Part shown: piece after piece, positions 1 to 12,646 of the stretch
How the letters are laid out: each line of letters starts with the position of its first letter
Numbering within the stretch: the stretch's first letter is position 1
Made by a program: the position numbers and the translations under genes
The notes under the pieces: model-generated
The model's database searches: none
What the model was told of the DNA's origin: nothing
The model's input: the letters and a program-made list of their open reading frames with translations, nothing else
Origin: Octopus bimaculoides
Lineage: Eukaryota
DNA: 46,165 nt
Assembly (NCBI RefSeq): GCF_001194135.2
Contig: NC_068981.1
Location: 27,601,618 to 27,647,782, forward strand
Direction of reading: 5' to 3'

Positions 1-314
1 TATATATATATATATATATATATCTAACTCTCTCCTCCTCTCTCTCTCTTTCATTGCCTCCCACCCTTCCACTACCTCACCACCCCTTACACCACTCCTC
101 TGACGTCTAACTCTCCACTTCAGTCTGTTGTTACCATTCCTCCTGATCTTCCCCTCTCTGAAGCGGAGCACTCTCTTAGTAAAGTCTAAGCTTCATCTCC
201 CTCACTCCATCCAGTAACGGATTTCAGAACCGTGTTGATATTCATCACTTCGTGCGCCGCGTCAGGCTATATGCACTATTCCACAACACTCCACCTGTAT
301 CATTCAGGACTGCT

Positions 315-453
315 TCACCGACCAGGGTCACCGACCAGGGTCACCGACCAGGGTCACCGGCCAGGGTCACCGTCCAGGGTCACCGGCCAGGGTCACCGGC
401 CAGGGACACCGGCCAGGGTCACCGGCCAGGGTCACCGGCCAGGGTCACCGACC
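315..453. repeat. 13-bp minisatellite (NCCAGGGTCACCG), 10 units, inside the PLE ORF
   Basis: Units start at 321, 334, 347, 360, 373, 386, 399, 412, 425 and 438. The first base varies a/g/t; one unit has T>A. Confidence 0.97.
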
Positions 454-1315
454 ATCCCACAAGCAGTCAATCATTTTGCAAGCATCTGTCAACGTGATGT
501 GGACCGGTTTAAATTTCGCAGNNNNNNNNNNNNNNNNNNNNNNNNNNNNNNNNNNNNNNNNNNNNNNNNNNNNNNNNNNNNNNNNNNNNNNNNNNNNNNN
601 NNNNNNNNNNNNNNNNNNNNNNNNNNNNNNNNNNNNNNNNNNNNNNNNNNNNNNNNNNNNNNNNNNNNNNNNNNNNNNNNNNNNNNNNNNNNNNNNNNNN
701 NNNNNNNNNNNNNNNNNNNNNNNNNNNNNNNNNNNNNNNNNNNNNNNNNNNNNNNNNNNNNNNNNNNNNNNNNNNNNNNNNNNNNNNNNNNNNNNNNNNN
801 NNNNNNNNNNNNNNNNNNNNNNNNNNNNNNNNNNNNNNNNNNNNNNNNNNNNNNNNNNNNNNNNNNNNNNNNNNNNNNNNNNNNNNNNNNNNNNNNNNNN
901 NNNNNNNNNNNNNNNNNNNNNNNNNNNNNNNNNNNNNNNNNNNNNNNNNNNNNNNNNNNNNNNNNNNNNNNNNNNNNNNNNNNNNNNNNNNNNNNNNNNN
1001 NNNNNNNNNNNNNNNNNNNNNNNNNNNNNNNNNNNNNNNNNNNNNNNNNNNNNNNNNNNNNNNNNNNNNNNNNNNNNNNNNNNNNNNNNNNNNNNNNNNN
1101 NNNNNNNNNNNNNNNNNNNNNNNNNNNNNNNNNNNNNNNNNNNNNNNNNNNNNNNNNNNNNNNNNNNNNNNNNNNNNNNNNNNNNNNNNNNNNNNNNNNN
1201 NNNNNNNNNNNNNNNNNNNNNNNNNNNNNNNNNNNNNNNNNNNNNNNNNNNNNNNNNNNNNNNNNNNNNNNNNNNNNNNNNNNNNCTAACCTGACACCTT
1301 CACACTTCTTTCTTT

Positions 1316-1540
1316 GGCCGAACTTGTTCTCTCCCTCAACTGCTTTTCATTCGCGTGGGATTTTTATGAATAGTTCTCGGGAGTGGCAATGGGAACGAGA
1401 ATGGGCCCCAACTATGCGAACCTGTTCGTTGGCTATGTTGAGGCTCAAATATTCTCGCGATTCACTGCTCTTACTCCCGAACTATGTGTGACCTCACTCT
1501 CCTGCGAACAACTAGGCTCCTTCTTCTCTTTTGTCCAATC
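1316..1540 (+). pseudogene. PLE reverse transcriptase fragment
   Basis: AELVLSLNCFSFAWDFYE*FSGVAMGTRMGPNYANLFVGYVEAQIFSRFTALTPEL matches the PLE RT 'G.AMG....P.YANLF...E' motif. The expected YxDD motif after PEL is deleted; the sequence resumes at TSLSCEQLGSFFSFVQS. Confidence 0.9.
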
Positions 1541-1704
1541 CTGGCTCGTTCATCTGCTCCTGTTCACGCTGCTGCACTTGCCCCTAGCCCTCCAACACCA
1601 CCATCCTCACAGGTACCCATCATCGTCCCTATCATATCACCGACTCCTTTACCTGCACTTCTAGCAACGTCATTTAATGCATCACCTGCTCTTCCTGCCC
1701 TTCT
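1540..1704 (+). pseudogene. PLE Cys-rich linker and N-terminus of GIY-YIG endonuclease
   Basis: Frame from 1540: PGSFICSCSRCCTCP*PSNTTILTGTHHRPYHITDSFTCTSSNVI*CITCSSCPS, matching PLE 'C...RC..C ... FTC.S.NVIY.I.C..C'. Two stops; not in the ORF track. Confidence 0.85.
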
Positions 1705-3371
1705 GTGTGGGGGTGAAAAAATTAGCGCTTCAACTCTATGTGTATGTGTATGTGTGTAAAGGGTGGTATGTGAATATTTGGATGTGATGGTGGGGTGTGC
1801 AATGGAATTGGGATGGCGAACGTTCAACGCTGGAAAGAAAAATCAAACAGCATTACAACTCTGTGTGTGTATGTGTGTGCATGTAGACGTGTATGTGTGA
1901 GCATGTGTGTATGTATTTATTCATGTTTATGTATATACATGTATCCCTATCTATTGTGCTACAGAGTACTCTACGAAAAATTTAACTTGGGTAACCTGCT
2001 GTGATTTGTCCTAGTTTACATATTAAATAATGGAATCTTACTTGAAACTTTGCAGGCAAGTCAATCCTATATACCATTTATACATATTCTAGTATCTTTC
2101 CTTTAAGACAACGTTACATTCTTTCCCTCGGTTTATAATCAAGATTGTTTCCATATCATATGTCTTCATTTATTTGGCTTCTATACACTTGGGCGCTTCG
2201 GCTTCGGATGTTATTGAAACCTTGTACATCAAATCTACTGTTCTGTCTATAGAGACCATTAGAATTTCAAGACATATGTCTTTCGAAATTAATCTGCTAA
2301 TCCACTTTCATAATTAGGAACGGTGCCACATCTGGTTTTGGGTACTTAAAAATGAAGGAAGACAGGAGAATTAGCGTATCACAAAATTTCGAGCTATTCC
2401 ACATGGACAAATTTCTAAGAAATCCTGAAGAGACGGTCCTTCCTACTACAACACTTTCATTGAGTTCATTTCCTTTACTGAGATTTTCACTGATCTCTTA
2501 ATACTAGTGTACATCCTCTCTTGCAATTGGTTACTTACATTGAGAAATATTTAAAAAGCAAAATGGTGGGTAATTTATTTGACGACGAAAATTTCTGGCC
2601 CTAATTTTCTCATTATTTGCACCATATTACGTATTTCATTATACCAAACCGCCAAATAAATATTTTTTCCTTACTCATAAAAAGATCGAGAAGTGATGCA
2701 ATCCGTCTAATACCTTCCACATTTTGTCCTTCATAAGGTTCCAGTACAGCAACACACGAGTTTTATTATAAATGTATCGACGAAATGTTTTCATATTTTC
2801 ACCGCCACTTCTCGAACGTATAATCTAACTGTTATGATGATGACAGTAGGCGAATTATATAATCACCTTATCTCCTCATATTCATTATCCTTTCAAGGAA
2901 TCTTGGAAAGTGTTTGTAAATTTGACTTAGAACATTTTTGATATGTATTTCGATACAACTTGTTACAAAAAAGACTTTATTTTACTGTGAGTGGAAACAT
3001 GCAAATATGCATCATAAAATTTCTTCTTTGAGTTTATCATGTTACTTGTTTCCCCAATAGGATATGACATGCAAATTTTTCAAAAGCATGCAAAATGCAG
3101 ATATCAGAATGATACACTGTATCATCTGCTGAACTTATTGCTGCATGGGTCACTCATTTTACTATCTGAATCTTAAAATACTAGATGGCAATATCCTATG
3201 GCATACACGGTGGTAGTTGGAAATGTTGAAATACATGAATTGTACGACCTCGCATTAACAAATCGCTAAAAATTATCATGTCACAGACAATAGCTGATCT
3301 ACAGTGACTTATAAACTATCTCACCTCATGAATACTTTACAGTAACATATGTTCACCTTAGTTGAAGTCTG

Positions 3372-3760
3372 GTGTGGAGGCGCAATGGCCCAGTGGTTAG
3401 AACAGCGGACTCGCGGTCATAGACTCGCGGTTTCGATTCCCAGACCGGGCGTTGTGAGTGTTTATCGAGCGAAAACGCCTAAAGCCCCACGAGGCTCCGG
3501 CAGGGGATGGTGGCGAACCCTGCTGTACTCTTCCACCACAACTTTCTCTCACTCTTTCTTCTTGTTTCTGTTGTACCTGTAATACAAAGGGTCAGCCTTG
3601 TCACACTGTGTCACGCTGAATATCCCCGAGAACTACGTTAAAGGTACACGTGTCTGTGGATTTCTCAGCTACGTGCACGTTAATTTCACGAGCAGGCTGT
3701 TCCGTTGATCGGATCGACTGGAACCCTCGACGTCGTAAGCGACGGAGTGCCAACAACAAA
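3372..3760 (+). mobile_element. Full-length tRNA-derived SINE, possibly Deu/Nin-domain type, with candidate 10-bp target-site duplication
   Basis: A box TGGCCCAGTGG at 3386-3396, B-box-like GTTTCGATTCC at 3430-3440, (CAA)n tail ending 3760. Flanks TTGAAGTCTG (3362-3371) and TTGAAGCCTG (3761-3770). Superfamily call rests on remembered motifs (TGTACCTG...GTGGA...TTTCACGAGCA). Confidence 0.85.
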
Positions 3761-3859
3761 TTGAAGCCTGATACCTCGATGTCCTTCTATAGTTATGTAA
3801 GGCTTTCGCAGTTTATATTTCGTTAATTTTTACTGAAATAATTCGCTAAGTATACCTAG

Positions 3860-4530
3860 ATTCATCATCATCAGCATCACAACTGGCATCGTCTCGTCGC
3901 CATCTTCCTCACTATAATCACTAGCGTCTTCTGTACAGCCGTCATCATTATGATCGATATGATTATCCTCACATCGTCGCCATCATAATTATTGTTCACG
4001 TTATCATCATCATTATGAGCAGCCTAATCGACTGTACCATCATCACCCTTATTACATTGTTGCGAACATTGTTAACGTTAATCTTGTTATCGTTACACCT
4101 CCGCCTCCTCTTTTATCATCTCCTCTTCCTTGTTCTCTCTTCTGTTCCCTTCCTCCTCCTCCTCCTCCTCCCTCCTCTTCTACTCCTCTTACTTTCCATT
4201 TTTTTTCTACCATTCCGCTACTTATTAACATTCCATCCTTACTGTGATTGCTAACAATCACGATTACTATCAAGACCGAGATTATTATCAACGTTGTTAT
4301 CAAGGTCATCAGATTTGTCATCACCATAATCATCATGGTCCCTATAATTTCTGTAGTGAAGATGATCATGATAGTAATGTTAATGATGATGATGATGATG
4401 ATGTGAATGGTGATGACATTGAATTTGGCGGAATCAGAATTGCATTCATGACAATAACAACTGCAATGACATTTTAGCACTGTCGTTCTCGTTGTCAACT
4501 CCCCTTCTCCAGTCGTCATCACGATCATTG
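3860..4530. repeat. Degenerate low-complexity tract (CAT/ATC, CTC, GAT)
   Basis: Eroded trinucleotide runs; explains ORFs 4015-4528. Confidence 0.8.
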
Positions 4531-4741
4531 TAATGAGTGTCTATAAGGTTATTCTGCAGGTAATGACATGCGTTCGGGCGTTACGTTTAACTATGCATTG
4601 CAATCGAAAACGTAACCGAAATCTTTAAAAGAGTAAAACAATATTATGAATATCTAAAAATGTATGCATCAAATTAGAAATAAGAAAAGTTTAACACACA
4701 TGGAATTGCCTCGGGTCTCATTAGTAATTTTAATAAGTAAA

Positions 4742-4912
<171 letters not shown>

Positions 4913-5467
4913 TGCTCGGATCTAATACCAGGCAGTGGCTCTCATGGCTTCTGATCTTAATTGATTGGAAGTGTTATTATGCACATTGATTTGTCTTGGC
5001 ATAAAAGATGGGCAACAGCAAATATTCTGCTAAATACCACAGATTTGCTTGTCAGTTGTTTGACCTTAACCAGTTGAGCATATCCCTTGGTGGTTGACGA
5101 TATGAGCATCTCTGATCATGAGCAGAAGTAGTGGGGGAGTATCATAGCAATGTGTTGAGAGGAATTCTTTGGGGTTTGAATAATTCACCTTTGGAAATAT
5201 GAGTGTTTTGCTCAACATCCTTAAACAAACCCTATTCAGGTACCTTTTGAGCGGGATGGGCTACTCGACCTGAAGTAAATTCTAACTGGGCTCCACCTGC
5301 GAGGTCATGTGTTGTATATCTTGATATGAGATCACCATGTTGCGCACATATTGTTGTGATGCATATGCCTGGTGTACCCTTATCAGACAGATAGTGTTGA
5401 TGGGTATAATGGGCTTCGTATATTTATACCCCAGTGTCACTTTGATGGCATGCACTGCTCTCTCATT
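4913..5467 (+). mobile_element. Non-coding interspersed repeat (~555 bp) bounded by (AAT)n on both sides; class unknown
   Basis: 5125-5467 is the reverse complement of 20254-20594 (e.g. GATATGAGATCACC, TTTGAGCGGGATGGGCTACT, TGATGGCATGC.CTGCTCTCTCA.TC). No Pol III boxes or ORF recognised. Confidence 0.75.
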
Positions 5468-5570
5468 CAATAACAATAATAATAATAATATTAATAATAA
5501 TAATAATAATAACAACAACAGCGACAACGATGATGACGATGATGATGATGATGATGATGAGGAGGAGGAG

Positions 5571-5605
<35 letters not shown>

Positions 5606-5612
5606 GGAGGAG
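5468..5612. repeat. Compound microsatellite (AAT)(AAC)(GAT)(GAG)
   Basis: Directly visible; explains ORFs 5282-5751. Confidence 0.97.
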
Positions 5613-5993
5613 GGGGAGGATTTCTTTCATTTGGCACCAGCGCGAAGCATTGGGTGGCGGGGACAGCAGAAAAGCAGACATAAAGTGTGGAGGGTTTCAT
5701 ATAACGAAATGATATAAGAAAAGAAAGTATACGCATTAGGCAATGAAACAAAGTAGGGAAGTATGCACAGTGTAGAACGGTAAAGGAAAGAATGAAGGAG
5801 AAAAAGAACTATAGTGATGCCGTCCTTCTGATGCAGGGGGACTTCTAGGGATAATCGAGAAACTCCACTGTCCAGGACCTCCCTGAACAACAAGAGCTAA
5901 TGCTCTTTCAAACTACTTTTCTCTAGCAGGGCCACAGCTATATGTGTGTGCGTGTGTGTGTGTGTGTGTGTGCATACATACATACACATGTAC

Positions 5994-6038
<45 letters not shown>

Positions 6039-6503
6039 TATAANNNNNNNNNNNNNNNNNNNNNNNNNNNNNNNNNNNNNNNNNNNNNNNNNNNNNNNNN
6101 NNNNNNNNNNNNNNNNNNNNNNNNNNNNNNNNNNNNNNNNNNNNNNNNNNNNNNNNNNNNNNNNNNNNNNNNNNNNNNNNNNNNNNNNNNNNNNNNNNNN
6201 NNNNNNNNNNNNNNNNNNNNNNNNNNNNNNNNNNNNNNNNNNNNNNNNNNNNNNNNNNNNNNNNNNNNNNNNNNNNNNNNNNNNNNNNNNNNNNNNNNNN
6301 NNNNNNNNNNNNNNNNNNNNNNNNNNNNNNNNNNNNNNNNNNNNNNNNNNNNNNNNNNNNNNNNNNNNNNNNNNNNNNNNNNNNNNNNNNNNNNNNNNNN
6401 NNNNNNNNNNNNNNNNNNNNNNNNNNNNNNNNNNNNNNNNNNNNNNNNNNNNNNNNNNNNNNNNNNNNNNNNNNNNNNNNNNNNNNNNNNNNNNNNNNNN
6501 NNN

Positions 6504-6539
<36 letters not shown>

Positions 6540-7324
6540 CTGCACATGTGTATTTCTGTATATGATACATCTATGTGCTGAGCATCTCATCTTTAAATCA
6601 TTTATTAATGTAGACATCATTCTCCTGCGGATTATTTATCTATTTTACTGTGGATTTGTCATATTACCTCATTACTCCTATATACTGTTGCGGAAAAATT
6701 AACGTTCTTAATTCCTTCTAGTCTTTTAAACATTACTGGTTTTATCTTCGGAATGAAGTGGTATTAATGGTGTTTACTATTGCCATTTCATTGTACGAAA
6801 GATTCTTTTGAATGATGAGTTCATGACAATATCATTATCAAAGGATTTAAAATGTTTGACCTGCAAAGTCACGTTACTTTCAACAATCAAGAAATATTTT
6901 GGCTGCACTGACTGCTTCAGTATGTTGCTAGGCTGCACATTCAGTATGTTACATTATGTGTAATTTATCTTCTATGCTCGAATTAAATGTTATTTTTTTT
7001 TCTTTTTATGGGATGCTTAACAAAAATATAATACTCAACTTCATATGTTGCTATATTGTAGTCCCAGGTCGTTTCGAGTTTGACCAGACCTACACCTAAC
7101 ACTTTTCCATTTTAGCGATTAAGTCTTCAGTATATCTTGGACTAAGTTATCATATACATGTATACATACACACATGTATGTATACATGTATGTATATGTG
7201 TGTGAGTGTGTGTGTGTGTTATGTGCGAGGGAACAAGGAAGACGTGTTCTTGTTTGTCTCCTGCCCCAAGCTTGATTTACGCGTTCACCACCACAACCCC
7301 GTTTAGGCTAAGTAGCCCTTCCCG

Positions 7325-7460
7325 TTTGTCTTCACTGTCCTGTTTGTGTTACGTATTTTGACTCTCCGCAAAATCCCAAATTTTATTTCATTTGCATTGC
7401 GGGAGCAACTGTTTTATCGAAAGCGTATATTGTTGTTAAATGCTCGAAATACGAAACGAA
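7325..7460 (-). repeat. Interspersed repeat family F fragment
   Basis: Reverse complement aligns with 31320-31440 (ATTTCGAGCATT...CAGTTGCT...AAATAAAATTT.GGATTT...AAACAGGACAGTG). Confidence 0.65.
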
Positions 7461-8275
7461 AAAAAACACCCAACAACAGTGTTTATGTTTTTTTTTTTTA
7501 AANNNNNNNNNNNNNNNNNNNNNNNNNNNNNNNNNNNNNNNNNNNNNNNNNNNNNNNNNNNNNNNNNNNNNNNNNNNNNNNNNNNNNNNNNNNNNNNNNN
7601 NNNNNNNNNNNNNNNNNNNNNNNNNNNNNNNNNNNNNNNNNNNNNNNNNNNNNNNNNNNNNNNNNNNNNNNNNNNNNNNNNNNNNNNNNNNNNNNNNNNN
7701 NNNNNNNNNNNNNNNNNNNNNNNNNNNNNNNNNNNNNNNNNNNNNNNNNNNNNNNNNNNNNNNNNNNNNNNNNNNNNNNNNNNNNNNNNNNNNNNNNNNN
7801 NNNNNNNNNNNNNNNNNNNNNNNNNNNNNNNNNNNNNNNNNNNNNNNNNNNNNNNNNNNNNNNNNNNNNNNNNNNNNNNNNNNNNNNNNNNNNNNNNNNN
7901 NNNNNNNNNNNNNNNNNNNNNNNNNNNNNNNNNNNNNNNNNNNNNNNNNNNNNNNNNNNNNNNNNNNNNNNNNNNNNNNNNNNNNNNNNNNNNNNNNNNN
8001 NNNNNNNNNNNNNNNNNNNNNNNNNNNNNNNNNNNNNNNNNNNNNNNNNNNNNNNNNNNNNNNNNNNNNNNNNNNNNNNNNNNNNNNNNNNNNNNNNNNN
8101 NNNNNNNNNNNNNNNNNNNNNNNNNNNNNNNNNNNNNNNNNNNNNNNNNNNNNNNNNNNNNNNNNNNNNNNNNNNNNNNNNNNNNNNNNNNNNNNNNNNN
8201 NNNNNNNNNNNTATATACATATATATGTGTATATATATATGTATACATATATATGCATATATAAATAAAATTTCT

Positions 8276-8379
8276 TCAGAATGAGATAAAAAAACCAAGG
8301 CTATGAAGATTTTAGAACATGTATAAATAGAAGGTCTTACAGCTGTTTCCAGGATATTTATCATATCCCTTCGTCTTCA
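8276..8379 (-). mobile_element. Family G terminal repeat with decayed hammerhead
   Basis: Minus strand reads AAGACGAAGGGATATGATAAATATCCTGGAAACAGCTGTAAGAC. Stem II, GAAA and palindrome CAGCTG-TA are intact, but the 5' core and stem I partner are mutated. Same flank (AGAATGAGATAAAA..CCAAGGCT) as the 32.5 and 35.7 kb copies. Confidence 0.8.
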
Positions 8380-9690
8380 ATGTAGAGTTTCGTTTCTTTG
8401 AACTTTATCCGTCTGAATGCATTTCTTTATAGCTAGTGTCTTATCTCTAGACACCCAGACTCTCTTTTCCTTAATGTCACGTCATCTTCGAAGAATTGTA
8501 TATTCTTGAAATCATCTACTCTCCCAATTAAATTTGTCCAACCCGTATCAATTACAAAAGGCACCCAAAGTACTATCATGTGAAATCGAACACACAATAT
8601 AATGGAAGCGATGCGAACGTGTTAAGCACACAATCATGTATGTCTATTAATTTCAATTGTTGAATTAGCGTTACCATTATTCTATTCAGGGAACTTCATA
8701 AAGTAAGAATTAAGATTCCTGAACTTCTACGAAAGTTATAATATTCTTTTCTCTCTTTCATAATTACTAATTTCCTAAAATAAATCCGACTATTTACTTT
8801 ACGTTTTAAATGTTTTCATTTGGCATACAAGTTTAATTAATTACATTTTTGTATTGTTTGTTAATATTTTACTACTTTATTTTAAACTATTTATCATGTA
8901 TTCACGACATCTTGCATCTTTTTTCACCTCTTTTCGTGGTTTACAATATTTCTTATATCATATTCATGATAGGTATATCTTTGATAATATCTTCCTAAAT
9001 AACATTTTTCTGAAATATTTCATATTTATACCTAAACGTTCTACTGTTAATTTGCTCACACATGTATGTCTGTGCGTGCATGTGGGCATGCATATTTGTG
9101 AAGGTATGTAAGTGTGTGTGATTACGAATATTTCATCATGAAACTCTAAGGATTTGTCAACATAATTACTATTTAAGTACACTAAGAAATAAATGAGACT
9201 GAAACTTTTTTCTTGTAGTCTTCGTGCATAATCCTATTTCCCTTTTATATTATAACCATCCATTTTCTTTTCTTCCACTTGAGTTACGTAAGAATTCAAA
9301 ATGGTAACATATATAGGAGCGTATTTCATTAATTACATATAGGAAATTATAGAGCATTGGCGATTTTTGCAGCTGTCTTCTTATCAAGTGATACGTGTGC
9401 GTTTGCGTGTGGAAGAGAGGGAAAAGAGAGAGAGAGAAAAATGTGTGTATGTGTGTATGTGTGTGTGTGTTGCGTTCGCAAGTTAAACGTACATAGAAAG
9501 ACGCGTACAAAACATTCATTGATAAATTTCACTTGCAAACCATGTGGGTCTTGTTTCGATGCAACAACGCCATACATTAGTAAATTATCGTATACAGTAT
9601 GCTACGGTTATCTCGAAGTGATGAAAGCAGGTAGCAAGTCATTTCTAATTCCGTACAAAAAAAAAAAATTTACAAGTTTGATATGATTAT

Positions 9691-9840
9691 AGGTGTGGCT
9701 GTATGCTAAGAAGATTGCTTTTCGCCCACATCGTTCTGTGTTCAGTCCCACAGTATGGCACCTTGGGCAAGTGTCTTCTACTATAGCTCGAGCCGACCAA
9801 AGCCTTCTGAGTGGATTTGGTTGAGTGAAACTGAAACAAG
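9691..9840 (+). mobile_element. tRNA-derived CORE-type SINE, 5' half (family B)
   Basis: GGTGTGGCTGTATGCTAAG...GTTCAGTCCCAC head, then GGCACCTTGGGCAAGTGTCTT (CORE-like); aligns with 19189-19350. Confidence 0.8.
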
Positions 9841-9956
9841 TGATAGAATGAAAAAATACAAAGGAGTATATGCCGTTTACAATAGTTTTTGAAACTTCGA
9901 TCCTGCGTATCGAGTATACTTCACAATGTCTGCCTTCAATATTTTATAAATGTCAA

Positions 9957-10172
9957 GGCAGCAAGCTGGCGGAAACATTAGCACGCCGGCCGAAATGCTT
10001 CGCGGTATTTCGTCTATCTTATGTTCTGAGTTCAAATTCCGCCAAGGTCGACATTGCCTTTTATCCTTCCGGGGTCGATAAATTAAGAGCCAGTTGCGTA
10101 CTCAGGTCGATCTAATCGACCGGCCTCTTCCCCCAAAATTTCGGGCCTTGAACCTAGAGTAGAAAATAATAT
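9957..10172 (+). mobile_element. tRNA-derived SINE family A
   Basis: A box CTGGCGGAAACATTAG, B box GAGTTCAAATTCC, conserved GCCTTTTATCCTTCCGGGGTCGATAAA; more than 10 relatives in the window. Confidence 0.9.
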
Positions 10173-11247
10173 TTTATATCAGACCTTGCCAAGGTTAAAC
10201 TTAGACAATCGTCGATAAAAGAGCAAACATTTCCACTGTAGTGAGTTCTAACCACAATGCAGACAGTATGTTTATGTGAGTGTATAGATTCATAATGTAT
10301 GTGTATGTATGTGAGTGTGTGTGTGTTTGTTTATTTGCGATGTTTGTGCATGGATGCGTGTACTTAACTATGGATGTATGTCCGCGTATTGGAGAATTAT
10401 CTTTTAATTAGTTGCGTCTGTATAGTTATTTAGGTATATTTGCTAATATTGATTTTATTCTCATAAAGATTTTTACATTCAATTGCCATTTTCCTTTTCT
10501 CGGTCTTTGTATGAGTGGGTCTCCTACGTATGCTTCACTAAAACTGTGTTAATTAGTGTTTGAAAGGCCAATTGTTTGTTCAATGTTTAATTAGTACAGC
10601 ACATTCTATGTAAAAAATTCTCCATGGAAGTTTATAATGCAATGGTATTGATATGAAGTTCTGATTCTTTTTCTAATGAGAACAACAATTGAGAACACAT
10701 TCGTAATCGTTCAGCCGAGAACGATTTCTGTACAAGCGGCCACTTAGTTACTCGATTACCCAACTTTATAGAAATAGCAGCAACTACTTCCTCATATCAA
10801 ACACGTCTGTCTTAGAAAAAAATTTTGTTTGATGGCGTATCCCCTCGTACACAATTTCACAAAGAAAAAAAATCTGAAAGAAACAAGAAAAAAAAAGGAA
10901 GGAATAAAAGAAATTTAATAGGGTGCTGTCTTGCTTTTTATGCTTCAGACTACATGTTTTCTTTCTCGTGGCTGAGTTGGATCAAATAATATTCATTCCT
11001 ACAATCAGAGTAAGTTTATTTAGTATATAATTTTAGTACGTTCATTTCATATAGACTGTTGAAAGGGCGCCCGAAATATTGTTTATTTCCCTTTCTTTCT
11101 TTGATATACTAACATAATGTACAGCTAGAAAATGCAAAAGCAGCTGAAGTTGAAAATTGTTCAGAGTCTCCATTCGTTTCTTTTACCAGATATGCATAAA
11201 TGACAGGTTGCACTCAAACTGCGTGAGTTCACACGCACACACAGATG

Positions 11248-11320
<73 letters not shown>

Positions 11321-11789
11321 NNNNNNNNNNNNNNNNNNNNNNNNNNNNNNNNNNNNNNNNNNNNNNNNNNNNNNNNNNNNNNNNNNNNNNNNNNNNNNNN
11401 NNNNNNNNNNNNNNNNNNNNNNNNNNNNNNNNNNNNNNNNNNNNNNNNNNNNNNNNNNNNNNNNNNNNNNNNNNNNNNNNNNNNNNNNNNNNNNNNNNNN
11501 NNNNNNNNNNNNNNNNNNNNNNNNNNNNNNNNNNNNNNNNNNNNNNNNNNNNNNNNNNNNNNNNNNNNNNNNNNNNNNNNNNNNNNNNNNNNNNNNNNNN
11601 NNNNNNNNNNNNNNNNNNNNNNNNNNNNNNNNNNNNNNNNNNNNNNNNNNNNNNNNNNNNNNNNNNNNNNNNNNNNNNNNNNNNNNNNNNNNNNNNNNNN
11701 NNNNNNNNNNNNNNNNNNNNNNNNNNNNNNNNNNNNNNNNNNNNNNNNNNNNNNNNNNNNNNNNNNNNNNNNNNNNNNNNNNNNNNNNN

Positions 11790-11832
<43 letters not shown>

Positions 11833-11842
11833 TATTTATATA

Positions 11843-11881
<39 letters not shown>

Positions 11882-12646
11882 TGTAGAGTATTGTATCTCA
11901 GTAATATTCATTGAAATAGTTGTGAAATACTTGTTAATACATAGATTGTTCTGTTTATTAATTACTTATACATTCAGTGTTTCGTATGCTACTGATAGGA
12001 ACATATCTTTGTTGGATACATCGTTACACATTCATTGTTTCGCTTGTTAATGTGCTGCAAACTACATTGGTTACGAATGCATGGAATATGGAAATGCACG
12101 TTGAAGGATTACAAAGGCGACAACAGCCTATAATAAAATAAAATAAAATAAAATAGAAAAATAGAAACTTCATACCATGAGCCGAACATTGAATAGAAGA
12201 CAATCTATTATCAAACGAAGCCAGAATGAAAAGTATAACGTTGTTCTTTGAATTAAAGATTCAAAATGTCTGCCTTTAAACTGCAGATACAAGAAAGAAT
12301 CGATTTTACGAGCTGATTTTCACCTGCGCCAATGTCTTGTGTTGGTAAACTTTTTGTTTATATGGAATACTATCAGCCTTCCTTTCTACTGCCATTAGTA
12401 ATTTGTCAATCGGGAATTTGATAATTCCGTACCAGTGTTGCTGTCATTGTTTCTTTTTATTAATAGCATCTTAGCTAGGTTGCTTTCAAGGTTTACAAAA
12501 AAGAGTAAAGAAAGAAGGAAAACAAAACATAGCAATACAGAAATAAAGAAATAAAACAAATACAAATCCCAAAATATATTTTCATAGATTTTTAAGTTTT
12601 GTTCTGTGAGTTCTATGGTATTTATATATCAAATTGGTAATTCACT

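Larger units (their letters stand above)
120..1704 (+). mobile_element. Decayed Penelope-like retroelement (PLE): N-terminal region, RT fragment, Cys-rich linker and start of GIY-YIG endonuclease
   Basis: Manual translation: 126-295 VVTIPPDLPLSEAEHSLSK/LSFISLTPSSNGFQNRVDIHHFVRRVRLYALFH (PLE 'LSKGLSF..P...D...F.RRLRL' motif, one frameshift). RT motif and endonuclease start follow an N-gap (522-1285). Stops, frameshifts and internal deletions present. Confidence 0.9.

Noticed and set aside
315-453. CRISPR-like array
   Set aside because: No spacers; contiguous 13-bp units in eukaryotic DNA.
2300-2500. Open frames of ~60-65 codons on both strands
   Set aside because: No recognisable motif or convincing splice-site pair.
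3349-3582. 77-aa ORF
   Set aside because: Lies over the tRNA-derived SINE head and body.
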